In this document: positions 1-17,601 of the stretch, piece by piece
Layout: each line of letters begins with the position of its first letter
Position numbering within the stretch: position 1 is the stretch's first letter
DNA from: Octopus vulgaris
Taxonomy: Eukaryota
Reading direction: 5' to 3'
Assembly (NCBI GenBank): GCA_951406725.2
Contig: OX597824.1
Span: 31,186,001-31,250,000, forward strand
DNA: 64,000 nt
Notes under the pieces: model-generated
Told to the model about the DNA's origin: nothing
The model's database searches: none
The model's input: only the letters and a program-made list of their open reading frames with translations
Translations under genes and position numbers: made by a program

Positions 1-46
1 TAGGTGTGCCTCGGAAAGTGACTGTAACAAAGATGCAGATTAAAAG

Positions 47-47
<1 letters not shown>
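1..47 (+). mobile_element. Probable 3' UTR end of an upstream R4/Dong element (cut by window edge)
   Basis: tgtgcctcggaaagtga resembles tgtgctcggtagtga in the 3' UTR of the Dong at 140-2920 and is likewise followed by an A-rich stretch and (TAA)n. Confidence 0.5.

Positions 48-139
<92 letters not shown>
48..139 (+). repeat. (TAA)n microsatellite
   Basis: About 30 perfect AAT units. Confidence 0.99.
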
Positions 140-2917
140 CAACGCTACTGAGCAAACAATCAACGCTACTGAGCAACAAAAAGAGAACAAAAATACTCCG
201 CAAATATAACATCACAGAGAAAGATTTGCCTGAAATAAAAGAAAAGCTGAAGCAAGATATCCTTGCCAAAGCACAAAGGATCCGCCGGTACAAGAAACGC
301 CAACGCTTCTTTGAAGAAAACAAAAAGTTCAACTCCAACCCCAAAAAGTTCTACCAAGAACTGGGCAAAAATAAAATAGAAGTCACTGCAGCACCAACGG
401 CAGAAGAATTGGAAGAATTCTGGGGAGAAATATGGTCGGCGAACGAACCACCAAAAAAAAGGAGTATCAAAATAACAAACTCGGCATCTGAACAACTTTG
501 GACCCCCATAACAACTGAAGAGGTCACCCAGGCACTGCAAAGACTAAGCAACTGGAAGGCACCTGGGCATGACAAGATCCCCAACTTCTGGTTGAAATAT
601 CTAACAGGAATGCACAAAAAGCTGACTGAAAACTTTAACAACGTACTAGCAGAGCCAGAGACAATGCCTGAATGGCTCACGAAGGGGAAAACCATCTTAA
701 TTCCGAAATCAAATGAAACAGAAAAACCAGAAAACTACAGACCAATAACCTGCCTCCCTACTATGTTCAAGGCATTTACTGCAGTGATATCACAAAGGCT
801 GAACAAGCACCTGGATGAAAACAAACTGTTCCCAGAAGAGCAGAAAGGATGCCGCAAAGGCTCATATGGCTGTAAAGATCAACTAATGATTAATAAAGCC
901 ATAACTGAAGACAGCCACAGAAAGAAGAAAGGCCTCAGTATGGCCTGGATTGACTACAAAAAGGCGTTTGATAGCATCCCCCACACATGGATCCTCGAAA
1001 CACTAGCCATTAACAAAGTAGCACCAACAATCATAAAATTCATAGAGCACTCTATGAATAAATGGCAAACAGTCCTACACCTCCAAACAAAAGAGGGACT
1101 CATGAAAACCAAAGACATCCTCATTAGAAGAGGAATATTCCAGGGAGACACGCTCTCTCCACTCCTTTTCTGCTTGGCACTGTCACCTCTATCTGATATG
1201 CTAAATAGAACTGGATACGGATATAAATGTTACGGCAAAACGATCAGCCACCTTTTATATATGGATGACCTAAAACTATACGCTGCAAATGACAAACAGC
1301 TGGAAACACTATTAAAAACAGTTCATGGATTTACCAAAGAAATAGATATGAAATTTGGATTAGAAAAATGCGCCAAAGTAACCATGAAAAGAAGAAAACT
1401 AGTTAAGAGTAACAACATCACACTAGATAAAACCAATGAAATAAAAGAATTAGACCAAAGCCAAACTTACAAATACTTAGGAATCCATGAACTAGATAAG
1501 ACACAACACACACAAATGAAAGAGAAAATAAAAAAGAATATTATAGACGAGTTAGATCAATACTAAACACAGAGCTCAATGCTGAAAACAAGATAATAGG
1601 TATCAACACTTTAGCTGTCCCAGTTATAAGTTACAGCTACAATATCCTTAACTGGACACGAAATGAACTGACCAAAATAGATAGGAAAACAAGAAAAATA
1701 ATGACAGGATCCAGGATGCATCACCCAAAATCTGACATAGAAAGACTATATATATACAACGTATAGAAGGTGGTAGAGGCCTTATACAGCTGGAAAACTA
1801 CTATAAAATAACCACCATAGGACTGCAAAAATATCTACTTCAGAAGGAAGGAAAACTGATCCAGATAGCGGCAAAACACGAGCAAAACAAAAAACTGTTC
1901 TCAGTATTTAAGGAAGCTGACAAATACAAACAAGAAATCATACCACCTAATAAACATGAAGAAGAAGAAGAAGAAGAAGATGAAGAAACAACAAAAGCTA
2001 TAAAACAAATGAAATCCAAACTAAAAATAGAACAGCAACGAACCATGATAAAACGATGGCAAGAAAAGCCCCTTCATGGTAAATACTGGACTAAACTAAA
2101 CGCAAAAGAAATAGACAAAGAAAAATCCCAGCAATGGTTGAGAAGCTCAGGACTCAAAGCAGAAACAGAGGGATTTTTAATTGCAGCACAAGACCAAAGC
2201 CTCCCCACCAGAAATTACCAAAAACATGTAATGAAAAGAAATATTACAAGTAACTGCAGAATATGTGGAGATGGACAAGAAACAATAAATCATATTATCT
2301 CTAGCTGCCCAGTCCTGGCTAAGAAGGAATATATTTACAGACATGACAGAGTTGGAACCTACATACATTGGAAGCTATGCCAACATTATGGAATAACAAC
2401 AGAAAAAAGATGGTATAGGCACACACCAGAAAAGGTCACAGAAAACGAGAAAGCAACCATACTCTGGGATATGCCGATACACACAGATAGAGAAATTAAG
2501 GCCAACAGACCAGATATAGTTGTCAGAGATCATGAAGAAAAAAATGCTTTCTAATTGATGTATCAATACCGGCTGATGACAACGTGTCTCTAAAAGAAAT
2601 GGAGAAACTCTCAAAATACAAAGACCTGGAAATAGAGGTAACTAGAATGTGGAATCTGAAAACAGAAACAATTCCTATCATAGTAGGTGCATTAGGCATG
2701 ATAAAAAAATATTCAGATAAATACATAACAAAAACACCAGGACTTACAAACACATATAACATACAGAAAATTGCACTACTAGGCACTGCACACATCCTAC
2801 GCAGAACACTTTCCATACAATAACCATCAGAGCATCACAACAAATCACAGCACATACCCAAGGCACACAGAGCTGTGCTCGGTAGTGAAGTGAAAGCACG
2901 CTATAAAAATAAAACTA

Positions 2918-2920
<3 letters not shown>
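140..2920 (+). mobile_element. R4/Dong-clade non-LTR retrotransposon, 5'-truncated, frameshifted (Dong-A)
   Basis: ORF pieces 226-1566, 2009-2554 and 2584-2823 encode RT (NWKAPGHD, YRPITCL, DYKKAFDS, GIFQGDTLSPLLF, LYMDD), a CCHC knuckle (CRICGDGQETINHIISSC) and a restriction-like endonuclease (RHD...RPDIV...KY.DL...LGTAHILR). Flanked on both sides by (TAA)n, the known Dong target. Confidence 0.95.
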
Positions 2921-3002
<82 letters not shown>

Positions 3003-3039
3003 GTAATAATAATAATAATAATAATGATAATAATAATAA
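2921..3039 (+). repeat. (TAA)n microsatellite: Dong-A tail and Dong-B target
   Basis: Near-perfect AAT run with two variant units. Confidence 0.99.
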
Positions 3040-8900
<5,861 letters not shown>

Positions 8901-8901
8901 A

Positions 8902-8994
<93 letters not shown>

Positions 8995-9000
8995 TATTAT
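8901..9000 (-). repeat. (ATT)n/(CAT)n compound microsatellite
   Basis: Reads (TAA)/(TGA)n on the minus strand and forms the tail of the minus-strand Dong fragment. Confidence 0.97.
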
Positions 9001-9233
9001 TTAAGATGTCACACAGTATCCAATATCGTGATATTGTTGATTGAAGCTATTGTGTCGACCAGGGATTTGTAATGTCTGTCAAGTCACAGCAAGGACCTCA
9101 GATTGACAGTACATTATGCAATATGTGTGCAGTTCCAAGTAATGCCGATTTTTGAAATACACCTCGATTGTAGGATATTTCTAAAATTTCCAGATGTTTC
9201 TTCAGGTTGGGTGTATTGGTATGTATTGAACCC
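9001..9233 (-). mobile_element. Heavily 5'-truncated R4/Dong element of a third family (Dong-C)
   Basis: Minus strand translates NLKKHLEILEISYNRGVFQKSALLGTAHILHNVLSI* (stop at 9098-9100), matching the C-termini of Dong-A and Dong-B. (TAA)n on both sides. Confidence 0.9.
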
Positions 9234-9250
9234 TATTATTACTATTATTA

Positions 9251-9328
<78 letters not shown>

Positions 9329-9344
9329 CACCATCATTATTATT
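9234..9344 (-). repeat. (ATT)n microsatellite
   Basis: Direct reading. Confidence 0.97.
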
Positions 9345-9562
9345 GTTGTATCTGGAGAGAGTCATTCTCTTTTAGTGCCTTATAATTAAACACACTTACC
9401 GGTAAAATTTCCAGAAAAATAAAAAAGAAAGAAGTGGAAATTTTACTGGTGAGTGTGTTAAATTATAAAGCACAAAAAGAAAATGACTCTCCCCAGACAC
9501 AACTGAATATGCTTCAACACACGAACTCGCATAAAGAATCTTGCAAACCAAATCCATAAACG
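9345..9562. mobile_element. Short fold-back repeat with asymmetric tail, copy 1 (possible Penelope inverted pLTR remnant)
   Basis: Inverted arms 9345-9413 and 9435-9503, then tail tgaatatgcttcaacacacgaactc. Homologous copy at 54886-55105. Confidence 0.75.
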
Positions 9563-9722
9563 AAATATTACTAAATATCTTTCCCTCTTCATTGTTAAAA
9601 GTAAAGAAGCTAGAAAAGATCGATCGTATTTCAGTCTTAATTGTCATTGTTAATGACTGAGGCTTTCCTTTCTGTCTCTATACCTTCACTCCTTTTCTCT
9701 ATGGTTAAGAGAGTGAAAGAAC

Positions 9723-10036
9723 GTGGCTCAGTGGTTAGGGGTATTCGCCCCACGATCGTAAAGTCACGAGTATGATTCCCTGCGACGCGCTGTGTTTTTG
9801 AGCAAGGTACTCTACTTCACCTTGTTGCAGTCCACTCAGCTGGCAAAAATGAGTTGTTGCTGTAATTCAAAGGGGCCAGCCTTGTTACATTCTATGTGAG
9901 GCTGAATCTCTCTGAGAACTACCTTATGGTATGCATGTCTGTGGAGTACTCAGCCACTTGCGCAATAATTTTACGAGCAGGCTGTTCGTTGATCAGATAA
10001 ACAGGAACCTCGTCGTTGTAACCGACGGAGTGCCAT
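9723..10036 (+). mobile_element. tRNA-derived SINE (family B body)
   Basis: A-box-like gtggctcagtggttag. Body shared with 42377-42755, 10365-10505 and 29880-29995. Confidence 0.8.
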
Positions 10037-10364
10037 TTTTAAAAAGAGTGAAAGAAAAGGAAATGTTCCATATCGTAAGGCAAAAATGTTATGTATTTAG
10101 TATAAACAGTGAAAGCTAGGACGAAATAATTGCTATTCCGTCGTGTATTCGCCCTCGGCTCACGCTCAGTTTGATAACAACAGTCTGCGCATCGGTGTTT
10201 ATCTGGAGGCTTGGCCTCCAAATCTGTGAGACCTACAAATACCGCTGTTAGGACCAGATTAACACCGATAGTGACCCTAACGACTAAAAATACTTTCCTG
10301 CCCCTATATTGGTTCTTTTTTTGTTTTCTTCCAACCACTTGAAGGTTTATCTTACCACAGTTTA

Positions 10365-10910
10365 ATCAGCTGGCCAAAATGAGTTGTAGTTGTAATTCAA
10401 AGGGGCCAGCCTTGTCATATTCTGTGTGAGGCTGCATCTCCTTCAGAACTACGTTAATGTTAAGCATGTCTGTGGAGTACGCAGCCACTTGCGAGTTAAT
10501 TTTATCCTCGTGTGGCAATGAAAAGTGAAAGTAACATCTCATATTTGCTGTCTATGTATCTATGTATCAATTTTCTTTGGGTCTATGTATCTACTGTCTC
10601 TCTCACTTTCTCTCTTTCTCTTTCACTTCTCTGTGTCCCTCCTCTCTCCCGCTTTTAATTTAACAATGTGTGTATATATCTATGTATCTACTTTTCTTGC
10701 GGGGTGATAAGTATTTAAGAGCACAAAACGAACGCTGGCACTACTCACTGTCTCTTTCACTCTCTCTCTCTTTCTCTCTTTTTCTCTCTCCCTATCTTAC
10801 TTCCTTTCTATCCTCTTCTCTTTCGCTTTGCCACTCACTTCTTTGAAGTGTAACACACACGACAGGTACGTACAAAAACAACAAATTGGTATATTAATAT
10901 TATTGATGTA
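10365..10910 (-). mobile_element. Composite repeat (SINE fragment plus CT-rich body), inverted homologue of 29318-29995
   Basis: Same SINE/body junction (ttaattttatcctcgtgtgg) and same distal motifs (acaggtacgtac, atattaatattattgatg) in both copies. Confidence 0.75.
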
Positions 10911-11029
10911 AATTAAACTACTTATCCGTATACATTGAGGAAATTCTCCCAATATATCAGCGATAATACCAGTGGATCTCTGGATTTTATAATCCGTAGG
11001 GAGGACATTGCATCTTCGGTTTCACTATA

Positions 11030-11034
11030 TGTGT

Positions 11035-11102
<68 letters not shown>

Positions 11103-11272
11103 CCGCCGTCACTTGACAACCGATGCTGGTGTGCTTATGTCCCCATAACTTGCCGGTTCAGCAAAAGAGACCGATAAAATATGTACTCGGGGTCTATTTT
11201 TTCGACTAAAAGCCCTTAAGATGGTGCTCTAGCACAGTCACAGTCAAATGACTGAAACAGGTAAAAGAATAA
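11030..11272 (+). mobile_element. SINE family A 3' part with (GT)n
   Basis: cttgacaaccgatgctggtgtg...cagtcaaatgactgaaac, matching 12318-12690. Confidence 0.8.
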
Positions 11273-11280
11273 ATGAATAT

Positions 11281-11393
11281 TCATCCATCCATCCATCCAT
11301 CCATCTATCCATACATACATACATACATACATACATACATACATACATACATACATACATACATACATACATACATACATACATACATACATA
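11281..11393 (+). repeat. (CCAT)n(ACAT)n microsatellite
   Basis: Direct reading. Confidence 0.97.
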
Positions 11394-12317
11394 GGTATAG
11401 TTATGTATTTACGTGTGTATGCACATTGTATATGTATAGAAATGATTTCCTTCTTTAGAATCATAAGAAGTACCGTCTTAAAAAATTTTTTTTAACATAA
11501 TCACCAAATTTGACAAGTAGAAGCATTGGGTGTTGCTTTTTATTCATACGTCCACGTCAGCAAAAACCATGCTTTACAAATAGCTAAGTAATAAACTAAA
11601 AAATCAATAATAATATTTCTAATGGTAAAATTTCTTAAACTACAACCATTTTTCACCGAATATTGTTGAATTACTATATTATCAGGTGAGTATACAAGAA
11701 TTGATTCCTGAATATAAGAAGCTTAAAAGTAAGATAATGGAAATCGCTCAAGTTGAGCATGCCATGAATTTATTTAAATTATATAGGTGGTGTTTGTTTC
11801 GTTGATGTGCGCAAAATGTTTTAAATGAATTGAAATTTAAGTTTGCGAAAATATAAAAATTCTGTGTCCATTATCAGCAACACTCTAGATAAAGTGTAAT
11901 TGTTTCAAGAAAACAAAAATTATTTTCAAAAACTTGAATTCTCCTGAAAACAAAGAAAATTTAGGAAACAGCTACCAAATTCTTTGGTCATGTTAACTCT
12001 TCCTAACAGAGCATTTTTTGCCCAAGCCTGCTTTGATCAGTAAACTCTGGAATTTTACCAAGTACAAAATAATTTATGAAAAAAATTGTACAGTGTAATA
12101 TGCAAAATTACAGACAGTAAGCATGGGCCCGAGAACAGGGGTTGCATGGAGTGTGCTTCCATCCTCTAATATTTTTGTAGAGTGTAAAATCAAAATTTGC
12201 ACCCCTACTTACTTTTCTCGGGTTAAGAAAACAGTGAGTAAAAAGGGATCTGTAAAAAGTACCTTGAATTAGAATTTCTCTCAAAGAACAAAGAACATAA
12301 ATAAATAATTAAACATA

Positions 12318-12690
12318 GGCGCACGAGTGGCTGTGTGGTAAGTAGCTTGCTAACCAACCACATGGTTTCGGGTTCATTCCCACTGCGTGGCACCTTCTAC
12401 TAAAGCCCCGGGCCGACCAAAGCCTTGTGAGTGGATTTGGTAGACGGAAACTGAAAGAAGCCCATCGTATATATGTATGCGTGTGTATATGTTTGTATGC
12501 CTGTGTTTGTCCCCCCAACATCGCTTGACAACCGATGGTAGTGTGTTTACGTCCCCGTAACTTAGCGCTTCGGCAAAAGAGCCGATAGAATAAGTACTAG
12601 GCTTCCAAAGAATAAGTCCTGGGGTCGATTTGCTCGACTAAAGACGGTGCCCTAGCATGGCCGCAGTCAACTGACTGAAACAAGTAAAAG
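12318..12690 (+). mobile_element. Full-length tRNA-derived SINE, family A
   Basis: A box tggctgtgtgg, B box ggttcattcc, central (TG/TA)n, conserved tail ending gactgaaacaagtaaaag. Many copies in the window. Confidence 0.9.
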
Positions 12691-13968
12691 TGTATAAAAG
12701 TGTATGACCTTATTTGTAAAAATGTTGGGGCCTGCGCTTGCCTCCCCTAAGCAAATTTCGTTCCCAAGCCAGTGAAAGTAAGCAACAACAAAAAAAAAAA
12801 ATTCTTAGGAGAGCTGGTTGCCATTCTTTTTGGCGATGTAACATAGAGCTGAATTGTAGCGTGACACAAGAAGCCAGCGCCATTTTGAACGAGATTTCGC
12901 CGGTAGCCATTGCCATGCGCGAGACAAGAGCGACATCTTGCCTGCAACCATTTGCCATGCGTGAGACAACAACGAGATTCTCTCGGGCAACCAGTATTTA
13001 AGCAAGAAATAACGACATTCACTCTCTCATTTCTTCTCACGCTTGTGCCGAGAAACAAACACTGCGTAGCCAGCAGCTCACAACGGACTGTTGTCCCGCT
13101 CTAACTCCACATGCTTATCTCCAGAGGTAATGAACCTCACGTGTACGGAATTAAGACAAACCACGCGGTGATATAAAGATAGTCACTGAGAGTGATCCAC
13201 ACGAATGAGAACTCAGCAAATAAACGGCTATTGTACTCCGCTTGTGAATTTTCTTCGTGTTCCAGATCCTTGAAACTACAAAAATTATTATAATGGGAGA
13301 AGGAGATACTCCACAGGTATCATAAACCTTCCTTTCCATTATAAAATAAAATGTTTCTTATGGAAAAGTTTCTTAGAAAGCGAATGAAATGAAATGTTTT
13401 GTTAGCTCTAATGTACTATTTAACTGTTAACATTAATAATTCAGACATCAACTTTGGTAAATAGCATTTAATTGTAGTCAAAAATCTCAAACGAAAATCA
13501 TGCGATACCAAATAATTTGTATCGCTTCTAAAAAGTTTTCACTCAAAGAGTGAGTTAATTAAGATGTATAATATACGAAATAAGAGAGAATCATAAATCA
13601 TGTCTTACTGATTCAGACAGATCTGATGCATCATTTTGTTCTGTTAAGAAAATTTTTTTAAATTCACTTTTCAAGACATGCAAACTTGTTCGTATGTAGA
13701 TCACATCTTAGGCTGTATACATCAAAAACAATGAGCAAAATGCCCAAGAATTCAAATACAATTCCATAGCTGCTCTATGACAAACAATTGACAAACACTG
13801 GTGCCGTGCTGTGGGTGAAGTGGCATTGAGCAGAAGTCAGGAACAAATGACAGGCTTCGTTCATTTCAGTATCGAGCAATTTCCAATTTTGCGAAGTAAA
13901 AATTGTAACCAGCAAATATCTTCGTTATTTCTCGACCGATACATAAGTCACTCTAAATACATACATGT

Positions 13969-14014
<46 letters not shown>

Positions 14015-14399
14015 ATATGTACACACACACATACATATATACATACCTATTACATATGTATATACAAAAAACACACACACAAACACACTCACTTTCATAC
14101 ATGCAAAATATATATACATTTCCATAAATTTAAGTCTAATAAGAATAATAATTCTGAAATTATTAATATAAGTCAGCATAGCAACCATACAAAAAGTTTT
14201 CTCAGTAATCACTTGTGGTAATAGTGGCAATAAGATTCGATAAAAATCACAAGACGTATTACAGTCAAACAATGATGATTATTATTAATTTTAACTTCGG
14301 TGAACAACGTCATCTGTCGTACAACATTGGAGATACAAAAGTAAGAAATAATCTCATTACAAATATAGGTCTCTCAAGCTTTTTGGTGGAGAATATTGA

Positions 14400-15195
14400 A
14401 GATTTGTGAGCTCTTGAAGCTCAAGCTGAGGTATCTAATCCCGTATTTCGATGGCGATGTTGGGATCTATGAAGCGGCGCCCCGTTCTGGTGTTTGTGTA
14501 ACTTTCAATGCGCAAGTTTAGTACAAGACCTTCCAGGATTTTCCAGATTTCTATCGTTGCATATCCTTCCCGCTTTCGTTCTATGTAGTACAGTCTTAAC
14601 TTTCTAGCCTTCCCCAGTAGCTGACCTGCCCCACTGAGACGATCTTCCTTGTGTAGCTGGATTGCTTCGAATTCTGCTATTAATTTTACACTGTATGATG
14701 ACCATAGTTGATAGCAGTAGTCTAAGCGGCTAAGGACAAATGTCCTCCAGAGGACCATCATGGTTTGTTTTTCCGCTTCTCTTGTTCTAAAACTTCTAAG
14801 GATCCCTCCGGTCAGCCGCCTACATTCTATTGTCAACTTAATAATACGCACCGGGAAAGATGCATCATCATTATTCACGTGAATGCTCAAACCGCGTATT
14901 GCTTTTGATACAGGGATAATAATACCTACTGAACCACAGTATCCTGTTTGCATTTCATGCAGCTATATATGCTGATAACGCAGAACTTCGAATTTTTCAG
15001 CATTAAACTGTATATAATTGTTCTCAGACCACCTGCATACTGCATCCAACTCTTTTTGGAGATACATATCATCTCCAGTGTTCTGTATCCGCTGAGTGAC
15101 TCATATCGTCCGCATAGCTAGCAAATGTAGCTATCTGAGTAGCTGAGGATATGTCTGAGAGAGACAATATGAATAGAAGTGGCCCTAAAATAGTT
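14400..15195 (-). mobile_element. CR1-group LINE RT fragment
   Basis: Minus strand LGPLLFILSLSDI...ASYADD and LWRTFVLSRLDYCYQLWSSY. Confidence 0.85.
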
Positions 15196-15199
15196 AATA

Positions 15200-17500
15200 A
15201 CTTCTAAAAACTTTTTCTTTAAATATCGTGGCTGTATCGAGTAATTTCTACAAAAGCTTTGAAATATTTGAACAACTAATTAAAGACTAGAATTGCACTG
15301 GCAACATCAAAGTCAGCAATGAATATAAACTTGAGAGAAAATGTTTTTGAATAATCTGATATCCTCTCAAACAAATATGATTCACTTTAGTATTTCGAGA
15401 AATAGAACAAGCCTGTATTTACAGAGAAAAAGTTGAAACTTTTCTGACATTAAAATACACTACACACGCTACAGAAACTCCAAACACGACAACCCCTATT
15501 TCACCATATGATGATATTAGCTCATACCAACATAGGCCCAACTACAACAAAAGAATCTCAATCAGTAAGACAAACAGAATAGAGCGCCGAACAAAAGAAA
15601 ACACACCATGAACAAGCCAAGATACCAACATAAAAATAACAACAGAACAAATTTTTCGGATCTTTTCGGTTTGAACGGCAGTTTTTTCTAGCGGTGTCAT
15701 ATGAAATTGTCACCCATAATTATGACCCTAGAATCGATCTATTGCATTTCAATCTGTTTTAGGGTTAGGGGTGGGGAAAGGGTATCTTTTTTTCTTCACA
15801 AATATAAATAAACTCAATCTGTTTCTTAAAAAGGGACATATTCATACGGCACAGAATGCTTTTTAACTTAATGGACGTCATCGATTGGTTGAAATTGTAG
15901 AAATTGAAGAAAAAAAACAAGTATCTTACAAACTATAGAATTTTCTCAATAAAGCCAAGAGAAAAAGATGTTTTATAAGCACATTCTACCAGTATACGAA
16001 GTTTAAAATTTTTAGTTACCTAGAAATTATGTTAAAAACTGCCGTTCAAACTGAAAAGATCCAATTTTTCTTCAAACCAGAGGAAATTTCAGAACATATC
16101 AAAATACCAAGGTAGATTGTATTGTTTCACACGTAAACAAATGCCCTCAAACAGAATAGAATAACTGAACGACCAGCATCAATAAATCACATAAGAAGAC
16201 TTTTTAAAGAACATGTGCTCGAAACAGAAACGTAAATATATCTTAATGATGCAATGAATCAAAAAAATATTGAACCGATTGACCCAAAAGTGATAAACTT
16301 CTCACAACGAAACCTCATAGAAAACGAAATAAATCTTCTGGAATATGGACTTAAATTCACACCAACTCCCAAACTTGTCACAATAGATCTTATACTGAGG
16401 GTTATTGTATAAAACTTCGTCCTCGGAAATTCTTTCAAAACAGACGCTACGAAGATTCATCATTTATGAAAAACAAAACGCGATTTAAGCCTCAGATAAA
16501 CAGGAAATGTACTACCCCGTAAATTCCAAATTAAACACACCCAGACGAACCAGAACAACAACGCTCCCTAAGAGAAAAACTAACATTGGAAAGAATGAAA
16601 GCTGAAGTAGAACTTTTAAAACCTAGAGCACAAAACCACGAACAAAAATAGACGATGAAATGCTTTTGGAACTTACCCCACATAAAGTTCCACCCCACCA
16701 GTTAAAAAATGTGCACGCCCTAACTGTGGTACTTGCTCCTTCCTACTTGAAGGCTCTGAATTTACTTTCAAACAAGGAACAAAGTTTAAAATCAAGACCA
16801 ACTTCTCTTGTTCCTCTGAGAACCTCATTTACGTCCATACATGCGCAGGTTGCCAACACAATTATATCGGACAGACGAGCCTTCCTTTACGCAGAAGAGT
16901 AGCAGTCCATAAAGGAGATAAATCTCCCGCAATACCGTTAAATTCCACTCAGTAGCCACATAGACTCTTGGGCTAGAAATAAAAACTCCAAATTTCGTAT
17001 ATTCCCTTTCTAGCAATGTAAAGATACAATCTCTACACAAGAAAGAATCAACAAGGAGAATCTTTTTATTGAAAAATTCCAAACGCTTCTTAATATGCAA
17101 ACTCCACGGTGACCATATTCCTTTTCCTAGCATTCTGCTTGATAAAAAAAAATCCAGCATTCCAATTAAAGAGTATAAAATCCACGGGATTGTCTCCCCT
17201 TATTCACAGGAACTGGATAACTCCTACCCCATTTCCTGTTTTGACACATAAACATCCAGCTTTTTCAAACAAAACACATGCATCATAATCCTCCAAAGAA
17301 GTTTTTCCATGAAATAATATTGAACTTTAAAAGCTTAAAGACACTATAATGTATTGGTATACTTATTCATTAATTTTTGTATATATTTATTATTTTTTTG
17401 AAAAAAACAAATTTTTTCCCTTCCTCATCTTAAAAAAATTTTTTTTTACTTCCTCATCTTGAAAATTTGCCTTGCAATGAAAGCCGTTTTGAGTTGCTTT
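15200..17500 (+). mobile_element. Penelope-like element, degenerate and internally deleted
   Basis: LLEYGLKFTPTP near 16340, linker KCARPNCGTCSFL near 16710, GIY-YIG remnant NYIGQT near 16860. RT core absent. Confidence 0.75.
15658..16062. mobile_element. MITE with GG..CC termini and 8-bp TSD (Merlin-like), nested in the Penelope remnant
   Basis: TIR ggatcttttcggtttgaacggcagtttt / aaaactgccgttcaaactgaaaagatcc. TSD aatttttc at 15650-15657 and 16063-16070. Confidence 0.9.
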
Positions 17501-17601
17501 TTTTAATCTGTCTTGCACCCATTTATATTAAAATTTACTTTCAGTTTAGCATTCTGCCTTATTATTATTATTTTCCTTTCCTATATATATATATATATAT
17601 A

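Noticed and set aside
6-209. Poly-Ile, poly-Leu, poly-Tyr and poly-Asn ORFs here and at 2845-3134, 6643-6957 and 8786-9389
   Set aside because: Translations of (AAT)n microsatellites, not genes.
12318-12390. tRNA-like sequences (also 42690-42755 and 52744-52815)
   Set aside because: They run directly into multi-copy SINE bodies and lack a complete cloverleaf, so they are SINE heads rather than tRNA genes.
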